A stretch of DNA of 64,000 bases from Octopus sinensis (Eukaryota). The position numbers and the translations under genes were made by a program. Where the stretch lies: NCBI RefSeq assembly GCF_006345805.1, contig NC_043018.1, forward strand, positions 1 through 64,000, read 5' to 3'. Every line of letters begins with the position of its first letter. Position 1 is the first letter of the stretch. The notes beneath the pieces are model-generated. The model was not told where the DNA came from and made no database searches. It worked only from the letters and a program-made list of their open reading frames with translations. Below are positions 14,324 to 28,425 of the stretch, piece after piece.

Positions 14324-14742
14324 TATATATGTATCTAAAGAAACTTGAGCTGACGAAGGAAATGTTGATCTTTGTATTCAACTAATCCAGAAACAGCGTT
14401 CTCAAGTAATCGATGTACGTGTGATCTTAAACACTTAAACTAGACACGCACATATATACACAAGTTTATTCTGCTCACCAAATACTACTTCAGCCCACAA
14501 TTGAAACGAAAGTAAATCTTAAACATCTAAAATAAAATAAAAGGAAAATAACATAGATAAACTTTTAGAGTCAAAGAGATTGACAGGAAGGAAGGAAGGA
14601 GAGAGATATTATGATGACTTACTCTGCCAATCCCGTCTGTATGTAACTGAGGTAACGATCGCGTATACGAATTCAAACAGGTGTGTACGTATAGCGAAAG
14701 ATACAGACGTAAACAGTGACGAATACGCGTGACACATATATA

Positions 14743-15130
14743 TGGAAGCACTCCGTCGGTTACGACGACGAGGGTTCCGGTTGATCCGAATCAACGGAAC
14801 AGCCTGCTCGTGAAATTAGCGTGTAAGTGGCTGAGCACTCCACAGACACGTGCACCCTTAACGTAGTTCTCGGGGATATTCAGCGTGACACAGAGAATGA
14901 CAAAGCCGGCCCTTTGAAATACAGGTACAGCAAAAACAGGAAGTAAGAGTGAGAGAAAGTTGTGGCGAAAGGGTACAGCAGGGATCACCACCATCCCCTG
15001 CCGGAGCCTCGTGGAGCTTCTTTAGGTGTTTTCGCTCAATAAACACTCACAACGTCCGGTCTGGGAATCGAAACCGCGATCTTACGACTGCGAGTCCGCT
15101 GCCCTAACCACTGTGCCATTGCGCCTCCAC
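14743..15130 (-). mobile_element. tRNA-derived SINE family B, full length
   Basis: Head TGGAGGCGCAATGGC(A/C)CAGTGGTTAGG...GGTTTCGATTCCC. TSD GACACATATATA. Confidence 0.92.
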
Positions 15131-15477
15131 AGACACATATATATACACACACACTAACACACACATATGTATATACATACGTATGCCTGCGCATACTCAT
15201 GCACACACAAACACAGAAGTACGTATATAAAAAAGAAAAACGTACGGATAGATTTGAACATCAGAACATGCGTTTCAATTAGGTAGTTTAATTAAAATAC
15301 AATTTCATTCCACTATTTATCAGATGTCATGACCTAAATTCGTGATGTATTCCACGATTACACTAGGTTATATATATATATATATATATAGATTGAGTAC
15401 TATATGAAAATATTTTAGAATAGAGATTCCAACTTCGCTTCGCAGGCGGATTGCATTCTCAGCGTTGACTAGCTGCC

Positions 15478-16008
15478 TTCTTCTTGTTGTTGTTGTTGTT
15501 GTTGTTTGTGTGTTGTTGTTGTTGTTGTTGTTGTTGTTTTTTCTCTTCTTCTTCTTTTCTTTCTTCTTTCTTCTTCTTCTTGTTCTTCTTCTTTTTCTCT
15601 TCCTCTTCTACTTCTTCCTCATACTACTCCGCCTCCCTCTTCTTCTTCTCCACCTCCTCCTTCACCGTCCCCTCCTCCTCCTCCTCCTCTTCTTCTTCTT
15701 CTTCTTCTTCTTCTTCTTTCTCCTCCTCACCTCCACTTCTTCTCCCTCCCTCCTCCACACCACCTCCCCTTCTTCTCCCCATCTTCCCCCTTCTTTTCTT
15801 CCCTTACTTCTCTTCTCCCTTCTTCTTCTTCTCTTTCTTCCCTTCTTCTTTCCCCTTCTTCTTCCCCCTCTCCATCCTGCCCTCCACCCCACCACCACTC
15901 ACTTCTCTCTCTCTTCTTTCTCCTCTCCTCCTTCTCCTTCCTTCTTCTTCTATCTCTTCTTCTTCTTCTTCTTTCTTCTTCTTCTTCTTCTTCTTCTTCT
16001 TCTTCTTC
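15478..16008. repeat. Compound (TTG)n/(TTC)n/(TCC)n polypyrimidine tract
   Basis: Direct reading of the sequence. Confidence 0.9.
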
Positions 16009-16478
16009 CAATCAGGACTCACGACATTAGCCACAAAGAATAATCTCTAATTCGAGCCTATCTAAGCTACTAAGAATGCGTGTGACAACTTGAATATCCA
16101 CCCACCACACGCGATAGACTGACGGTTGCACGGGCGCGAAAGCTATGTTGTTATCCTCATTCCGTAAACGGTGGCTTTTGACGGGTAGAGAGCTGAACCA
16201 TCCCGGGGTACAGAGGATTCGCAATCTAGACCAGGGTCTGAAAGTTTACCACACCATAGTGGGTTACACCATGGTTCCTCTGCTTTGTGGAAGAAGTAGG
16301 AAGAAAGAGTGAGAGAAAGTTGTGGTGAAAGAGTACAATGAGGTTCACCCCTCCCCCACCGGAGCCTCGTGGAGCTTAGGTGTTTTTGCTTAATGAACAC
16401 AATGCCCGGTCAGGGAATCGAAACTGCGTTCTTACGACCGCCAGCCCGCTGCCCTAACCACTGGGCCATTGCGCCTCC
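16009..16478 (-). mobile_element. SINE with family-B head and a different 3' tail ending in (GAA)n
   Basis: 16300-16478 matches the family-B head and body. 16009-16299 is unrelated to the family-B tail. Confidence 0.65.
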
Positions 16479-16714
16479 GCTACAAGCTGCTGTTGGTGCT
16501 GCAGAGAAATACTGCATCTACCATTATCATCATAACATTTGGGCCAATATCGTGTCGTCTCGCTCTGTTTCTTTACATAACAACATACGACCTTAAAAGG
16601 AATTTTCGAGGACCAAAAGCAGCTAATACCACATACTTAATGAGATATTCTAATATATATATTGCACACGCACACGCACACACACACACACACACACTCA
16701 CACACACACATGTA

Positions 16715-16768
<54 letters not shown>

Positions 16769-17373
16769 CCTACCTACAAATATGTAGTATATTGATTTAA
16801 GTGACATAGCGTATACTAAACACAATACTGAATACACGTCGTTGATTGATTAAAAGTACCCAAATACGACAACTTTAACACGAAATAACTTCTAAAATAT
16901 GAAATTTTGTCAAAAACGTTGAAAGTAAACCGTGTTCAGCATAAGAAATTACACCGTATACGAAGTTTCAAGCTGTTTAGTTAAAAAAACCCAATAATAA
17001 TAAAAAAAATTGTAATCGAAACTGAACAGGTCCTCCATCCATCGATCTAACCAACCATCTTATCAAGAATCTCTATACATGTAGTATCATGTAGTATCAT
17101 GTAGACTCATAAGGCTCTTCTAATTGTATTAACATTTCGTCATAGTTAATCGCATAAGTAAAGGAAAAGGTGATTAAACATCAACAAGATTTTACATTAA
17201 TTGAAATTAGGAGTAGCTTTATGGTGCTTCGGCGCCGAGAGACAAATAATGAACGGTAGTAGATTTGTGAATAATGTTATCTACGATGGATTATTGGTCT
17301 AGTTAAGCCTAAGCATTGGTCTATGTTACGTTAATGCGCCTAAAGGGATAATATATATGTGTGTGTATATGTG

Positions 17374-17411
<38 letters not shown>

Positions 17412-17549
17412 AACACACACATATATATGTATTTATACATACATATACACGTACACACACATACACACACACACACACACTCACTCTCTCTCTCTCTCTC
17501 TCTTACACACACCGAGAAATGGTGGGTTCAACACATATTCATAAATAGG

Positions 17550-18420
17550 GACTTGGATATGGCGGAGATCGGTTCAAACCACAATTCATTCAATCAACGA
17601 TGTCTTGGCATTGCCTACAAAGCTAATATGATGGAACGTATCAGAAAAGGATATATACAGATGATATATACAGAAAAGTCGGAACACTGAAACATATTCT
17701 TTCCAACTGTCTACTGGTATTGAATAGATATACATGGAGACACAGCCTAGGGCTTAAGGTTATCTTCAATGCTATAAAGAACCAACCTGCCGTCATCAAC
17801 AGTGACAGAAAACTACTGTAAGAACCAACTAGAGATTTCTTTACTTTCGTGCACTCAGAACAACAGATCCGATTGAAATAGAAGAAACTTTCTACGAGCG
17901 ATGGAAAATGGAACGGTTATTGGAAGGCGGCTGCAGATTTACTAGGGTGCCGAGGATTCTTTCCCATTCCAGTTACGAAAAAACAAAACAAAAAAAAAAA
18001 ACCGGATATTGTGTGAAAAAAAGAAAGTGGTCAATTTTGTCGAGTTGTTCGTTCCTCATGAAGATAACACGGACGCTTCTCGGGCTCGAAAGATTGACCG
18101 TTATGAAAACCCACTCGAGGAATGTGAAGATGCAGGCTGGAAAGCGGAATATTTTCCAATCGAAGTTGGATGAAGAGGATTCATTCGTTGGACATAGTGT
18201 AAGGCAACTGTTGTTATTGTTAGGCCTAAGTCATCATAAAGTAAATACCATGACAGAGGAAAAAGCAAGCCACTGGATTTGGTTAAAATGAGACGATGAG
18301 CAATGGCTAGCAGGGCCTCATTTCAGTGAGTGGGGGAGGTGTCGGTGCGCAATGATGCCATCGTGAAGTAGGCCCCGAAACGGCGCGCATTCCCTCCCGA
18401 TGAACCCATAAATTTGCTAG
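17550..18420 (+). mobile_element. Decayed HERO-like RLE non-LTR retrotransposon, 3' portion
   Basis: GTLKHILSNC...RYTWRH (CCHC plus RHD region), PDIV...VELFVPHEDN...RKIDRYE...GWKAEYFPIEVG*RGF...EKASHWIWLK. Multiple stops and frameshifts. Confidence 0.8.
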
Positions 18421-18516
18421 CATCCGGTATGCGGAGTGCTCAACTGGTAGCATTTGCATCTGCAAGTTGTTTGCAATATATATATATGTGTGTTGTGTGT
18501 GTGCTGTATATATATA

Positions 18517-18604
<88 letters not shown>

Positions 18605-18709
18605 ATATAAGGCTAGAGGGTATATTAGCCGAAACGTTGTGTTAACAACAAACAAGATGAGGACAAATATCCGTCAATTGTTAACAATGTAAATGATGTA
18701 ACTAATGTA

Positions 18710-19064
18710 TACTCTTACTCTTTACTCTTTTACTTGTTTCAGTCATTTGACTGCGGTCATGCTGGACCACCGCCTTTAGTCGAGCAACTCGACCTCGGGA
18801 CTTATTCTTTTGTAAGCCCAGTACTTATTCTATCGGTATCTTTTGCCGAACCGCTTGGTAACGGGGACATAAACACACCAGCATCGGTTGTCAAGCAATG
18901 CTAGGGGGACAAACACACACACGCATATATATATATATATATACACATATACGATGGGCTTCTTTCAGTTTCCACTCAAAATGCTTGCCCAAGGTGTCAC
19001 GCAGTGGGACTGAACCCGGAACCATGTGGTTGGTAAGCAATCTACTTACCACACAGCCACTCCT
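18710..19064 (-). mobile_element. SINE family A (internally deleted)
   Basis: Similar to 2578-3007. Confidence 0.85.
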
Positions 19065-19346
19065 ACGTATAGTGAAGTTTTACTTTAGAAGCACTCCTTA
19101 TATACGGTTTGTCTGTGTAGTTTTCGGTGCGGACCAAGAGTTTCAGGAATTCTATTGAAAAGAAACCCTTTGAATTGAATAAGTGGTTTCTGTTCAGGAT
19201 ATGGCTAGCTCTGTGTGTGTGTGTGTTTGGAATATATTGTCAAAACATTTTTCTTTTTTTCATTTTTTCTATTGAGAGAATGCGGCCGGTGGTTAAGGAT
19301 GGTCATTCAAAGGATTTAGCAGGAATTAATTTATTTAGTTGAGTTT

Positions 19347-21181
19347 GCGTGCGTGCGTGTCGATGCGTGCGTGCGTGTGAATGCGTGCGTGCGTGTGGAT
19401 GCGTGCGTGCGTGTGGATGCGTGCGTGCGTGTGGATGCGTGCGTGCGTGTGGATGCGTGCGTGCGTGTGGATGCGTGCGTGCATGTGGATGCGTGCGTGC
19501 GTGGTGATGCGTGCGTGCGTGTGGATGCGTGCGTGCGTGTGATGCGTGCGTGCGTGTGGATGCGTGCGTGCGTGTGGATGGTGCGTGCGTGTGGATGCGT
19601 GCGTGCGTGTGGATGCGTGCGTTGCGTGTGGATGCGTGCGTGCGTGTGGATGCGTGCGTGCATGTGGATGCGTGCGTGCGTGTGGATGCGTGCGTGCGTG
19701 TGGATGCGTGCGTGCGTGTGGATGCGTGCGTGCGTGTGGATGCGTGCGTGCGTGTGGATGCGTGCGTGCGTGTGGATGCGTGCGTGGTGTGTGGATGCGT
19801 GCGTGCGTGTGGATGCGTTGCGTGCGTGTGGATGCGTGCGTGTGGATGCGTGCGTGGCGTGTGGCGGTGCGTGCGTGTGGATGCGTGCGTGCGTGTGGAT
19901 GCGTGCGTGCGTGTGGATGCGTGCGTGCGTGTGGATGCGTGCGTGCGTGTGGATGCGTGCGTGCGTGTGGATGCGTGCGTGCGTGTGGATGCGTGTGTGC
20001 GTGTGGATGCGTGTGTGCGTGTGGATGCGTGCGTGCGTGTGGATGCGTGCGTGCGTGTGGTGAGTGCGTGCGTGTGTGGATGCGTGCGTGCGTGTGGATG
20101 CGTGCGTGCGTTGGATGCGTGCGTGCGTGTGGATGCGTGCGTGCGTGTGGATGCGTGCGTGCGTGTGGATGCGTGCGTGTGGATGCGTACGTGCGTGTGG
20201 ATGCGTGCGTGCGTGTGGATGCGTGCGTGCGTGTGGATGCGTGCGTGCGTGTGGATGCGTGCGTGCGGTGGATGCGTGCGTGCGTGTGGATGCGTGCGTG
20301 CGTGTGGATGCGTGCGTGCGTGTGGATGCGTGCGTGCGTGTGGATGCGTGCGTGCGTGTGGATGCGTGCGTGCGTGGATGCGTGCGTGCGTGTGGATGCG
20401 TGCGTGCGTGTGGATTGGTGCGTGGCGTGTGGATGCGTGCGTGCGTGTGGATGCGTGCGTGCGTGTGGATGCGTGCGTGCGTGTGGATGCGTGCGTGCGT
20501 GTGGATGCGTGCGTGCGTGTGGAAGCGTGCGTGCGTGTGGATGCGTGCGTGCGTGTGGATGCGTGCGTGCGTGTGGATGCGTGCGTGCGTGTGGATGCGT
20601 GCGTGCGTGTGGATGCGTGCGTGCGTGTGGATGCGTGCGTGCGTGTGGATGCGTGCGTGTGGATGCGTGCGTGCGTGTGGATGCGTGCGTGCGTGTGGAT
20701 GCGTGCGTGCGTGTGGATGCGTGCGTGCGTGTGGATGCGTGCGTGCGTGTGGATGCGTGCGCGCGTGTGGATGCGTGCGTGCGTGTGGATGCGTGCGTGC
20801 GTGTGGATGCGTGCGTGCGTGTGGATGCGTGCGTGCGTGTGGATGCGTGTGTGCGTGTGGATGCGTGCGTGCGTGTGGATGCGTGTGTGCGTGTGGATGC
20901 GTGCGTGCGTGTGGATGCGTGCGTGCGTGTGGATGCGTGCGTGCGTGTGGATGCGTGCGTGCGTGTGGATGCGTGCGTGCGTGTGGATTCGTGCGTGCGT
21001 GTTGATGCGTGTGTGCGTGTGGATGCGTGCGTGCGTGTGGATGCGTGTGTGCGTGTGGATGCGTGCGTGCGTGTGGATGCGTGCGTGCGTGTGGATGCGT
21101 GCGTGCGTGTGGATGCGTGCGTGCGTGTGGATGCGTGCGTGCGTGTGGATGCGTGCGTGCGTGTGGATGCGTGCGTGCGTG
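19347..21181. repeat. 18-bp CpG-rich minisatellite (GCGTGCGTGCGTGTGGAT)n, ~100 units
   Basis: Direct reading of the sequence. Explains the THASTR/RVDACV ORFs. Confidence 0.97.
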
Positions 21182-21448
21182 TTTTTCTTGTGTGTGTGTC
21201 TTTGGAATATACTAATGTGTGAGTGTATGCATGTGTATGTTTACTATTTTTGTGCTTTGGAAATATGCTTTGTATATTATAGTGGGTGTGTATGTGCATA
21301 TGTGTCACACCGTCACAGACAAACACCACAATAACACACACACAAAACATCACCCCACAAAAAAAACCAAACGCACACGTACATATACACACCCATGTGT
21401 ATATATGCACTTATAAATATATGCATATATAAACATGTATACGTAAGT

Positions 21449-21595
21449 ATAACGGGAAGCTTTATGAAAATAAACAAAAGACGAAGGCAGGTGGAATACA
21501 AACAAACAATTGTATCAGTATGGCGCTCAGGAATATAAAAAAAACAAGTCTTTTACGTTTCGAGCTTACGCTCTTCAACAGAAAGATACACAGAT
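21449..21595 (-). mobile_element. Penelope-like short repeat with hammerhead-like motif (21549-21586)
   Basis: Minus strand reads tcttt-CTGTTGA-a-GAGC-GTAA-GCTC-GAAA-cg-TA-aaaga. Same family as 37575-37790. Confidence 0.6.
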
Positions 21596-21970
21596 ATACG
21601 TAAGTATATCCTGATATAATAGTTTTAATAATTATCACGTATTATATATATGTATATATATAATTCACACATACATTATATACTGAAACCCAGACAATCT
21701 CCCTGACACACACACACACACATACACACGCATAAGGAAAATAGGAACGTGCACGCATAAAGGAACGCATTTAGTAATCACGATTATGAAGGAGATAAGG
21801 GATGTTTGTTATTCCTTAATGTTAGAAAGGGAAAACATTCTCAATGGTTTGAATTTAAACCAACGCAAAGCCGTATCAGACATTCACCAGAATTATGATA
21901 ATATTTATAGAAGTAACTTCTTGCCGATCGATTTTTACCTGTTTGTTGTTTTTTGCTACTACTACTACTG

Positions 21971-22023
<53 letters not shown>

Positions 22024-22188
22024 GGCACTGCTGTTGATGCTTCGATAATATTAGACCTGAGCATTCACATATATAATTTTAATATAAGTATAAACAAGGA
22101 TATAGGTTTATGTATGTAAAAATACGTTTCACAGAAAAGCCACCATACGCGTGCGCACACATATACGCATACATACGCACATACATAT

Positions 22189-22220
<32 letters not shown>

Positions 22221-22222
22221 AT

Positions 22223-22262
<40 letters not shown>

Positions 22263-23032
22263 CCCTATTGCTGCATATGAAGTTGAACACTATATGAATG
22301 TAGATATGTAGATATACATACATACAAACATACATATACATATGCATATATACATATATATATATATATATAGCAATTTCTTTTATGACGTATATATAGA
22401 GATATATGCATATACATGTGTATTTATACGTAAGAACTTACATACATACATGTAATACGTGTATAAACATACATACATTATATATATATATATATATATG
22501 TCTGTGTGTGTGTGTGTGTGTGTGAAATATATAAAGCCAACAATTACAGGAACGAAATGACATATAAAAATCAATTTCCTAATCGATTCTGGGAATCATT
22601 TTCACCAGAAATGATTCTTCTGATAGTTCTTCAGTAAACACACCAAATATGGAATCATGTCTTTACATTGAATGTACGCACATAATCACTAAAGTGTTCT
22701 GTTTTTATTTATTTATTTAAGTATTTATTTGTTTTACTTTTCTCATTTCAAATCACAGTTAACTACAGAAACCATATACGACCGCGCTAACAAGGAAAAA
22801 GTTGAACTTTCACACTTCTTGTAAAGAATATTTGCTAAGTCTTCCTCAAGTGGCACTATACACTGCATAATATATACACGTATATAAATACATACATACA
22901 TAAACACAAACATACATAATACATACGTACATATATATACACACATACAGACACATATATATGCATATGTTTATATATATATTTATATTTATATATATAT
23001 ATTATATATATAATATATATTATATATATATA

Positions 23033-23145
<113 letters not shown>

Positions 23146-23379
23146 TTCGTCAAGGAATACCGGATAAGCCACTCATAATTGGATACAACTCACCCAACAA
23201 GAACTCACTACTTGAATGGACCATAAACAAAACTTGACTTAAACAGGATTTAGATAATCCTATTAGGTGGTGCTATTAAGTTAGACATGGCCTGGACCAA
23301 TCTTTGGACGAAACATATCTAAGTTCATCTAAGTTTATATATATATATATATATATATAAATGTACACATATAGAAAGA

Positions 23380-24990
23380 TATAATCACAAATCGAGCTAT
23401 GGTTCTTAGTAAAAGATTGCCTAAAAACCTGAAAAATTTATTGACAAAGGCAAATATTCCCTGTATCTAAATGTATTGATAGCCGATATGGCACATGCCC
23501 ATTCATACATGCCGGCCAATATATGAACACAAAAACCGGGAAATTATTCACAAATGCAAATATGAACTGCAAAAGCACAAATTTAATTTACTGCATCAAA
23601 TGCACGAATTGTGAAGAACTATATGTAGATCAGACTGGAAATGCACTATCAGAACGTTCACGTGCACACCGTCAGATACCTTTGAGTAACCATCTAGTAA
23701 CATGCTGTTGGAAAATATTTATATTTCCATTCTGCACACTACACAGTCCGAGTGGAATTGAGAGACAAATCAGAGAAAAGAACTTTATTAATAAATTCCA
23801 ACCCAAGCTAAATAAAAAAAATAATACAAATACTTAGAGGTACTATTTCTACTGTTACGACAACTACCACTAACAACAACAACAATACTAAAGGTGCTCA
23901 TGACGATGATAGCAGGAAAATTGGAAGCACTCCGTCGGTTACGACGACGAGGGTTCCGGTTGATCCGATCAACGGAACAGCCTGCTCGTGAAATTAACGT
24001 GTAAGTGGCTGAGCACTCCACAGACACGTGTACCCTTAACGTAGTTCTCGGGGATATTCAGCGTGACACAGAGAGTGACAAGGCCGGCCCTTTGAAATAC
24101 AGGTACAACAGAAACAGGAAGTAAGAGTGAGAGAAAATTGTGGTGAAAGAGTACAGCAGGGATCACCACCATCCCTGCTCATGGAGCTTTAGGTGTTTTC
24201 GCTCAATAAACACTCACAACGCCCAGTCTGGGAATCGAAACAGCGATCCTACGACCGCGAGTCCGCTGCCCTAACCACTGGGCCATTGTGCCTCCACAAA
24301 GCAGGAAAATACTAGCAAAGTCAAGAGAAAAGTCAGTAAAAATAATGTTATTTTTGAGTTTAAAGAACCTTGTGTTTAACGATTTAAATTTAAAAATATA
24401 CCCTTAAAAATATCAACATGAATTCAACCGAATATCGTAATCAAGTAAAGGAGCAAAAAATAAAATAATATACGCTTCAACTTTAAGAATTAATATAATT
24501 AATAAATTAACTTTGTCATCTTGTGTTTTGCTAAGCTTGTCAAAACGCTCTTCATGTTTTTGTTTCAAAATTATCATTTTTAGCCGCCAGATAAAATATT
24601 TTAGCTTGTTTTATTTTAGATAAGTTTTATAATCTTATATTTCTTCTTCTCTCCTAAGCATGCTTGATCTGCTTTCTCTGTTATTGTATCCACCTATCTA
24701 TCACTATCTCCACCTCCCTCTACCCCCCTTAACTACTCTTTTGAAATATTTATCACTTCAAATTAATCAGATGAATGAAATCAAAAAAATATTTCTGATT
24801 TGAATATCCATACGGAGTAAAAAAAATCCTACCTTTCCTATAGTTGTTCTTCGGGAAACAGAGAAAGTTAAAACGATTATAGATGCGAATAACACCATCA
24901 GAACCGTGGTATTAACGTAATATTTTCATTGTGCACGACGAAGGAAGAATGACTGAAACGTCGAACTCCTCACGGCAATCTAAATCCACG
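23380..24990 (+). mobile_element. Penelope-like element: decayed GIY-YIG endonuclease plus 3' region, interrupted by a SINE
   Basis: PKNLKNLLTKAK..C..C...NCKSTNLIYCIKCTNCEELYVDQT...ER...H...RE..FI..QPKLN at 23420-23815. Degenerate hammerhead at 24931-24966. The 3' boundary is approximate. Confidence 0.75.
23922..24297 (-). mobile_element. SINE family B
   Basis: Near-identical to 14743-15130. TSD AGCAGGAAAAT. Confidence 0.92.
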
Positions 24991-25002
24991 AATATATATA
25001 TA

Positions 25003-25357
25003 TACTCTTTTACTCTTTTACTCTTTTTTCAGTCATGTGACTGTTGCTATGCTGGAGCATCGCCTTTAGTCGAGCAAATCGCCCCAGGACTTATTCTTTG
25101 TAAACCTAGTACTTATTCTATCGGTCTCTCTTTTGCCGAACCTCTAAGTTACGGGGACGTAAACACACAAGCATCGGTTGTCAAGCGATGTGGAGGGGGG
25201 GCAAACACAGACAGACACGCACGCACACACGCACACACACACACAAACACACACACATATATATACGACACACATATATATTGACCAAGGTGCCACGCAG
25301 TGGGACTAAACCCTGAACCATGTGATTGGTAAGCAAGCTACTTACCACACAACCACT
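25003..25357 (-). mobile_element. SINE family A (deleted)
   Basis: Similar to other family-A copies. Confidence 0.8.
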
Positions 25358-25368
25358 TGTACGTATGT

Positions 25369-25411
<43 letters not shown>

Positions 25412-25502
25412 GGGAGAATTCACAATATAAAACAACAAAAGACGAAGACAGGTGGTGTAGAAAATAAACAGATGTATTAGTATAACGCTTGGGAATTGAA
25501 AA

Positions 25503-25918
25503 AGGAGTGGCTGTGTGGTAAGTAGCTTGCTAACCAACCACATGGTTCCAGGTTCAGTCCCACTGCGTGGCATCTTGGGCAAGTGTCTTCTACTATAGCC
25601 CCGGACCGACCAAAGCCTTGTGAGTGGATTTGGTAGATGGAAACTGAAAGAAGCCCGTCGTATATATGTATATATATACATGTGTGTGTGTGTGTGTGTT
25701 TGTGTGTCTGTGTTTGTCCCCCTAGCATTGCTTGACAACCGATGCTGGTGTGTTTACGTCCCCGTCACTTAGCGGTTCGGCAAAAGAGACCGATAGAATA
25801 AGTACTGGGCTTACAAAAGAATAAGTCCCGGGGTCGAGTTGCTCGATTAAAGGCGGTGCTCCAGCATGGCCACAGCCAAATGACTGAAACAAGTAAAAGA
25901 ATAAAAGAGTAAGAGTAA
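25503..25918 (+). mobile_element. SINE family A, full length
   Basis: AGGAGTGGCTGTGTGGTAAG head, internal (TG)n, AAGAGTA tail. Confidence 0.88.
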
Positions 25919-26460
25919 ATATATATATATACATGTGTGTTTGTGCTTTATTACAAAATTTATGGGTTAACTTGCATCGACACAGACCAGCACCAAATTC
26001 TTAGGATTCCAGTTATTTTATCTGGCACTGAAAGTGTTAAATGTTTTACAATACAGCACTTCTAGCGTTTTTCGCTTTAGTTAATGAATTGTTGTGTGGA
26101 TCAATAAAGACAAGCAGCGCTATGTCAATATTTGATTTGTTTTAATGATGTGTGATTATTAAATTAGTTTGAAAGTGAGGGACAGAGAAACCACGATGAT
26201 GACATTGTCGTACAGTAATGAATACAAATAGCATTGTTATCATATCGGATATCAAAGGGTTTTGATCTTATTATTTAAATGGTTCTGTTACAGGTTAACT
26301 CTTCATCGAACTAGAAAGTGGAAGCATATTCTAATTAAAGCGTTCTAGCCGTGACACTTCCATTTTATTTTCAAATACAAATGCCCATATGGACGGATAC
26401 ACATTCGCACATCAAGTTTCTATAGCAACTAAAAAAAAAACAGAGTTGTATAGAAACATA

Positions 26461-26780
26461 TGGAGGCGCAATGGCCCAGTGGTTAGGGCAGTGGACTCGC
26501 GCTCGGAGGATCGCGGTTTCGATTCCCAGACCGGGCGTTGTGTGTGTTTATTGAGCGAAAACACCTAAGGCTCCACGAGGCTCCGGGAGGGATTGGTGAC
26601 GACCCCTGTTGTACTCTTTCGCCCCAACATTCTCTCACTCTTTCTTCCTGTAACGCTGCGATGGACTGGCGTCCCGTCCAGCTGGGGGGGGGGGGCACAT
26701 ACGTCACAGAAACCGGGACACTGAGCTCATGAGCCTGGCTAGGCTTGAAATGGGAGCACAAATTAATAAAATAAATAAAA
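26461..26780 (+). mobile_element. SINE with family-B head and a third tail type (A-rich end)
   Basis: Head matches family B to ~26650, then CTGCGATGGACTGGCGTCCCGTCCAG...AATAAA. Confidence 0.8.
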
Positions 26781-27019
26781 ACATATCACAACAAACACAT
26801 TAGGAAAATTCCACAGCGTCTCACTGTCACGAACGCATATACACTCACACCACGGTTACTAACGCACACATCATTATTTAGTCCCTCACCGTAGAGTACT
26901 GCGCATTGCCAACCCTTGGCTGGATCCAGTAGTGCGTCATCGTTTCAGGAAGGAAAGGTTCGGAGCAGCCCGTGCAACCATTTTACATGTTTACAGAAAG
27001 GGACGTGGAGTGTTGTATT

Positions 27020-27354
27020 GTTGACCCCCTTCGGTCACGACACTGACTATGGGATTGCACCTAGAAAGTTACCCTCCTAGTCACAAGTCTGGGCAAGGTT
27101 GTTTATTATGGAAGACCAGCAGTCGCCCATGCATACCGGCCTCCCCTCTCCACGCCACCAGTGTTATCCAAGGGAAAGGCAAGGGCCGATACAGCTTGGC
27201 ACCTGTGACGTCGCAACCCATTTCTACCGCTGAGTGAACTGGAGCAACGTGAAATAAAGTGTCTTGCTCAAGAACACAACACGCAACCCGGTCTGGGATT
27301 CGAGCTCACAACCTCACGATCGTAAGCTCGACGCTCTAACCATTGAGCCATGCG
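27020..27354 (-). mobile_element. tRNA-derived SINE (family E)
   Basis: Minus head GCATGGCTCAATGGTTAGAGCG...GCTCGAATCCC followed by TTGAGCAAGACACTTTA. Related head at ~56895-57030. Confidence 0.8.
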
Positions 27355-28000
27355 AACCTAATCACAGTGAATCTATGTGAATCAGAAAGAGGGAGAGAGG
27401 AGAGAGAGAGGAGAGAGGGAGAGAGAAAGAGGGAGGGGGAAGAGAGCGGTTGAGAAGAAGAATCTTTTTTATCGAACCGAATGGAACAAAAAATAATTTG
27501 ATTTGACCTGATTGGGTTTTGAATTTTCTGCTAGGAGTGTCGGAACATTTACTGCAGTGTATTTATTTTATTCAATGATCTAAGAACGCTTCCCATTCGC
27601 TATCTTAAACACACACACATACACACAGTTATTTAAACAATTAAAATCATAGAAAAGTACAAAACGTGTGTCTGTAGTGAAAAGTCCAAATCCAAAGTGG
27701 ATTGTGAAATAGAAGATAAAAATTACATATGATCAGATTCGGTAATTGAAACTGGAGAAATATCTATATATTGATAGATATGGAAGAAAACAGTATCACT
27801 GGAAAAATAAGGGAAACAAATAGATTTATGGTAGTGAGACTTCATTCAGTCGCTTGTCAGAGTTTTCTTTGCTATTTTGTACTGATTCAAACAGCAGAAG
27901 GTAACCACCGAAATCTGATTTGATGTGGTGCGTCATTTTAGACACTTGAAAATATATGAATACTACTGTATGTATTCGGCATTTGTTTGCACGTCTGTAA

Positions 28001-28048
<48 letters not shown>

Positions 28049-28058
28049 GCACGCACAT

Positions 28059-28107
<49 letters not shown>

Positions 28108-28282
28108 TATATATATGTATATATATATACATGGCGTTGGTGTATGGTAAGACGCTTGATTCCCAACGACATGATTCCGGGTTCGGTCCTGCCTCGGGCA
28201 AGGGTCTTCTAATATAGCCCCGGACCGACCAAATCCTTTTGAGTGAATTTGGTAGACGGAAGCTGAAAGGAGTCCAACATAT

Positions 28283-28313
<31 letters not shown>

Positions 28314-28425
28314 CATATATATATATATATATGTAATTAAGCGAATCAAGGCACATTTTTACTTCCATCCACCGCTATTTTAGTTTATACATCCGAGAAA
28401 ATACTTTTGTTAGAAAATTTAGACT

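Noticed and set aside
14791-14994. Recurrent ORF MVVIPAV…RLFR (also at 23969 and 41483)
   Set aside because: Conceptual translation of SINE family B.
16110-16150. CTGACGG…GAAAGCTA hammerhead-like string
   Set aside because: A9 missing, stem I does not pair, and it is antisense to the SINE.
18330-18410. GAAAC…CCGATGA in the HERO-like 3'UTR as a permuted hammerhead
   Set aside because: Stems I and II cannot be formed convincingly from this single decayed copy.
19335-21410. 691-, 607- and 558-aa ORFs
   Set aside because: Stop-free translations of the 18-bp minisatellite.
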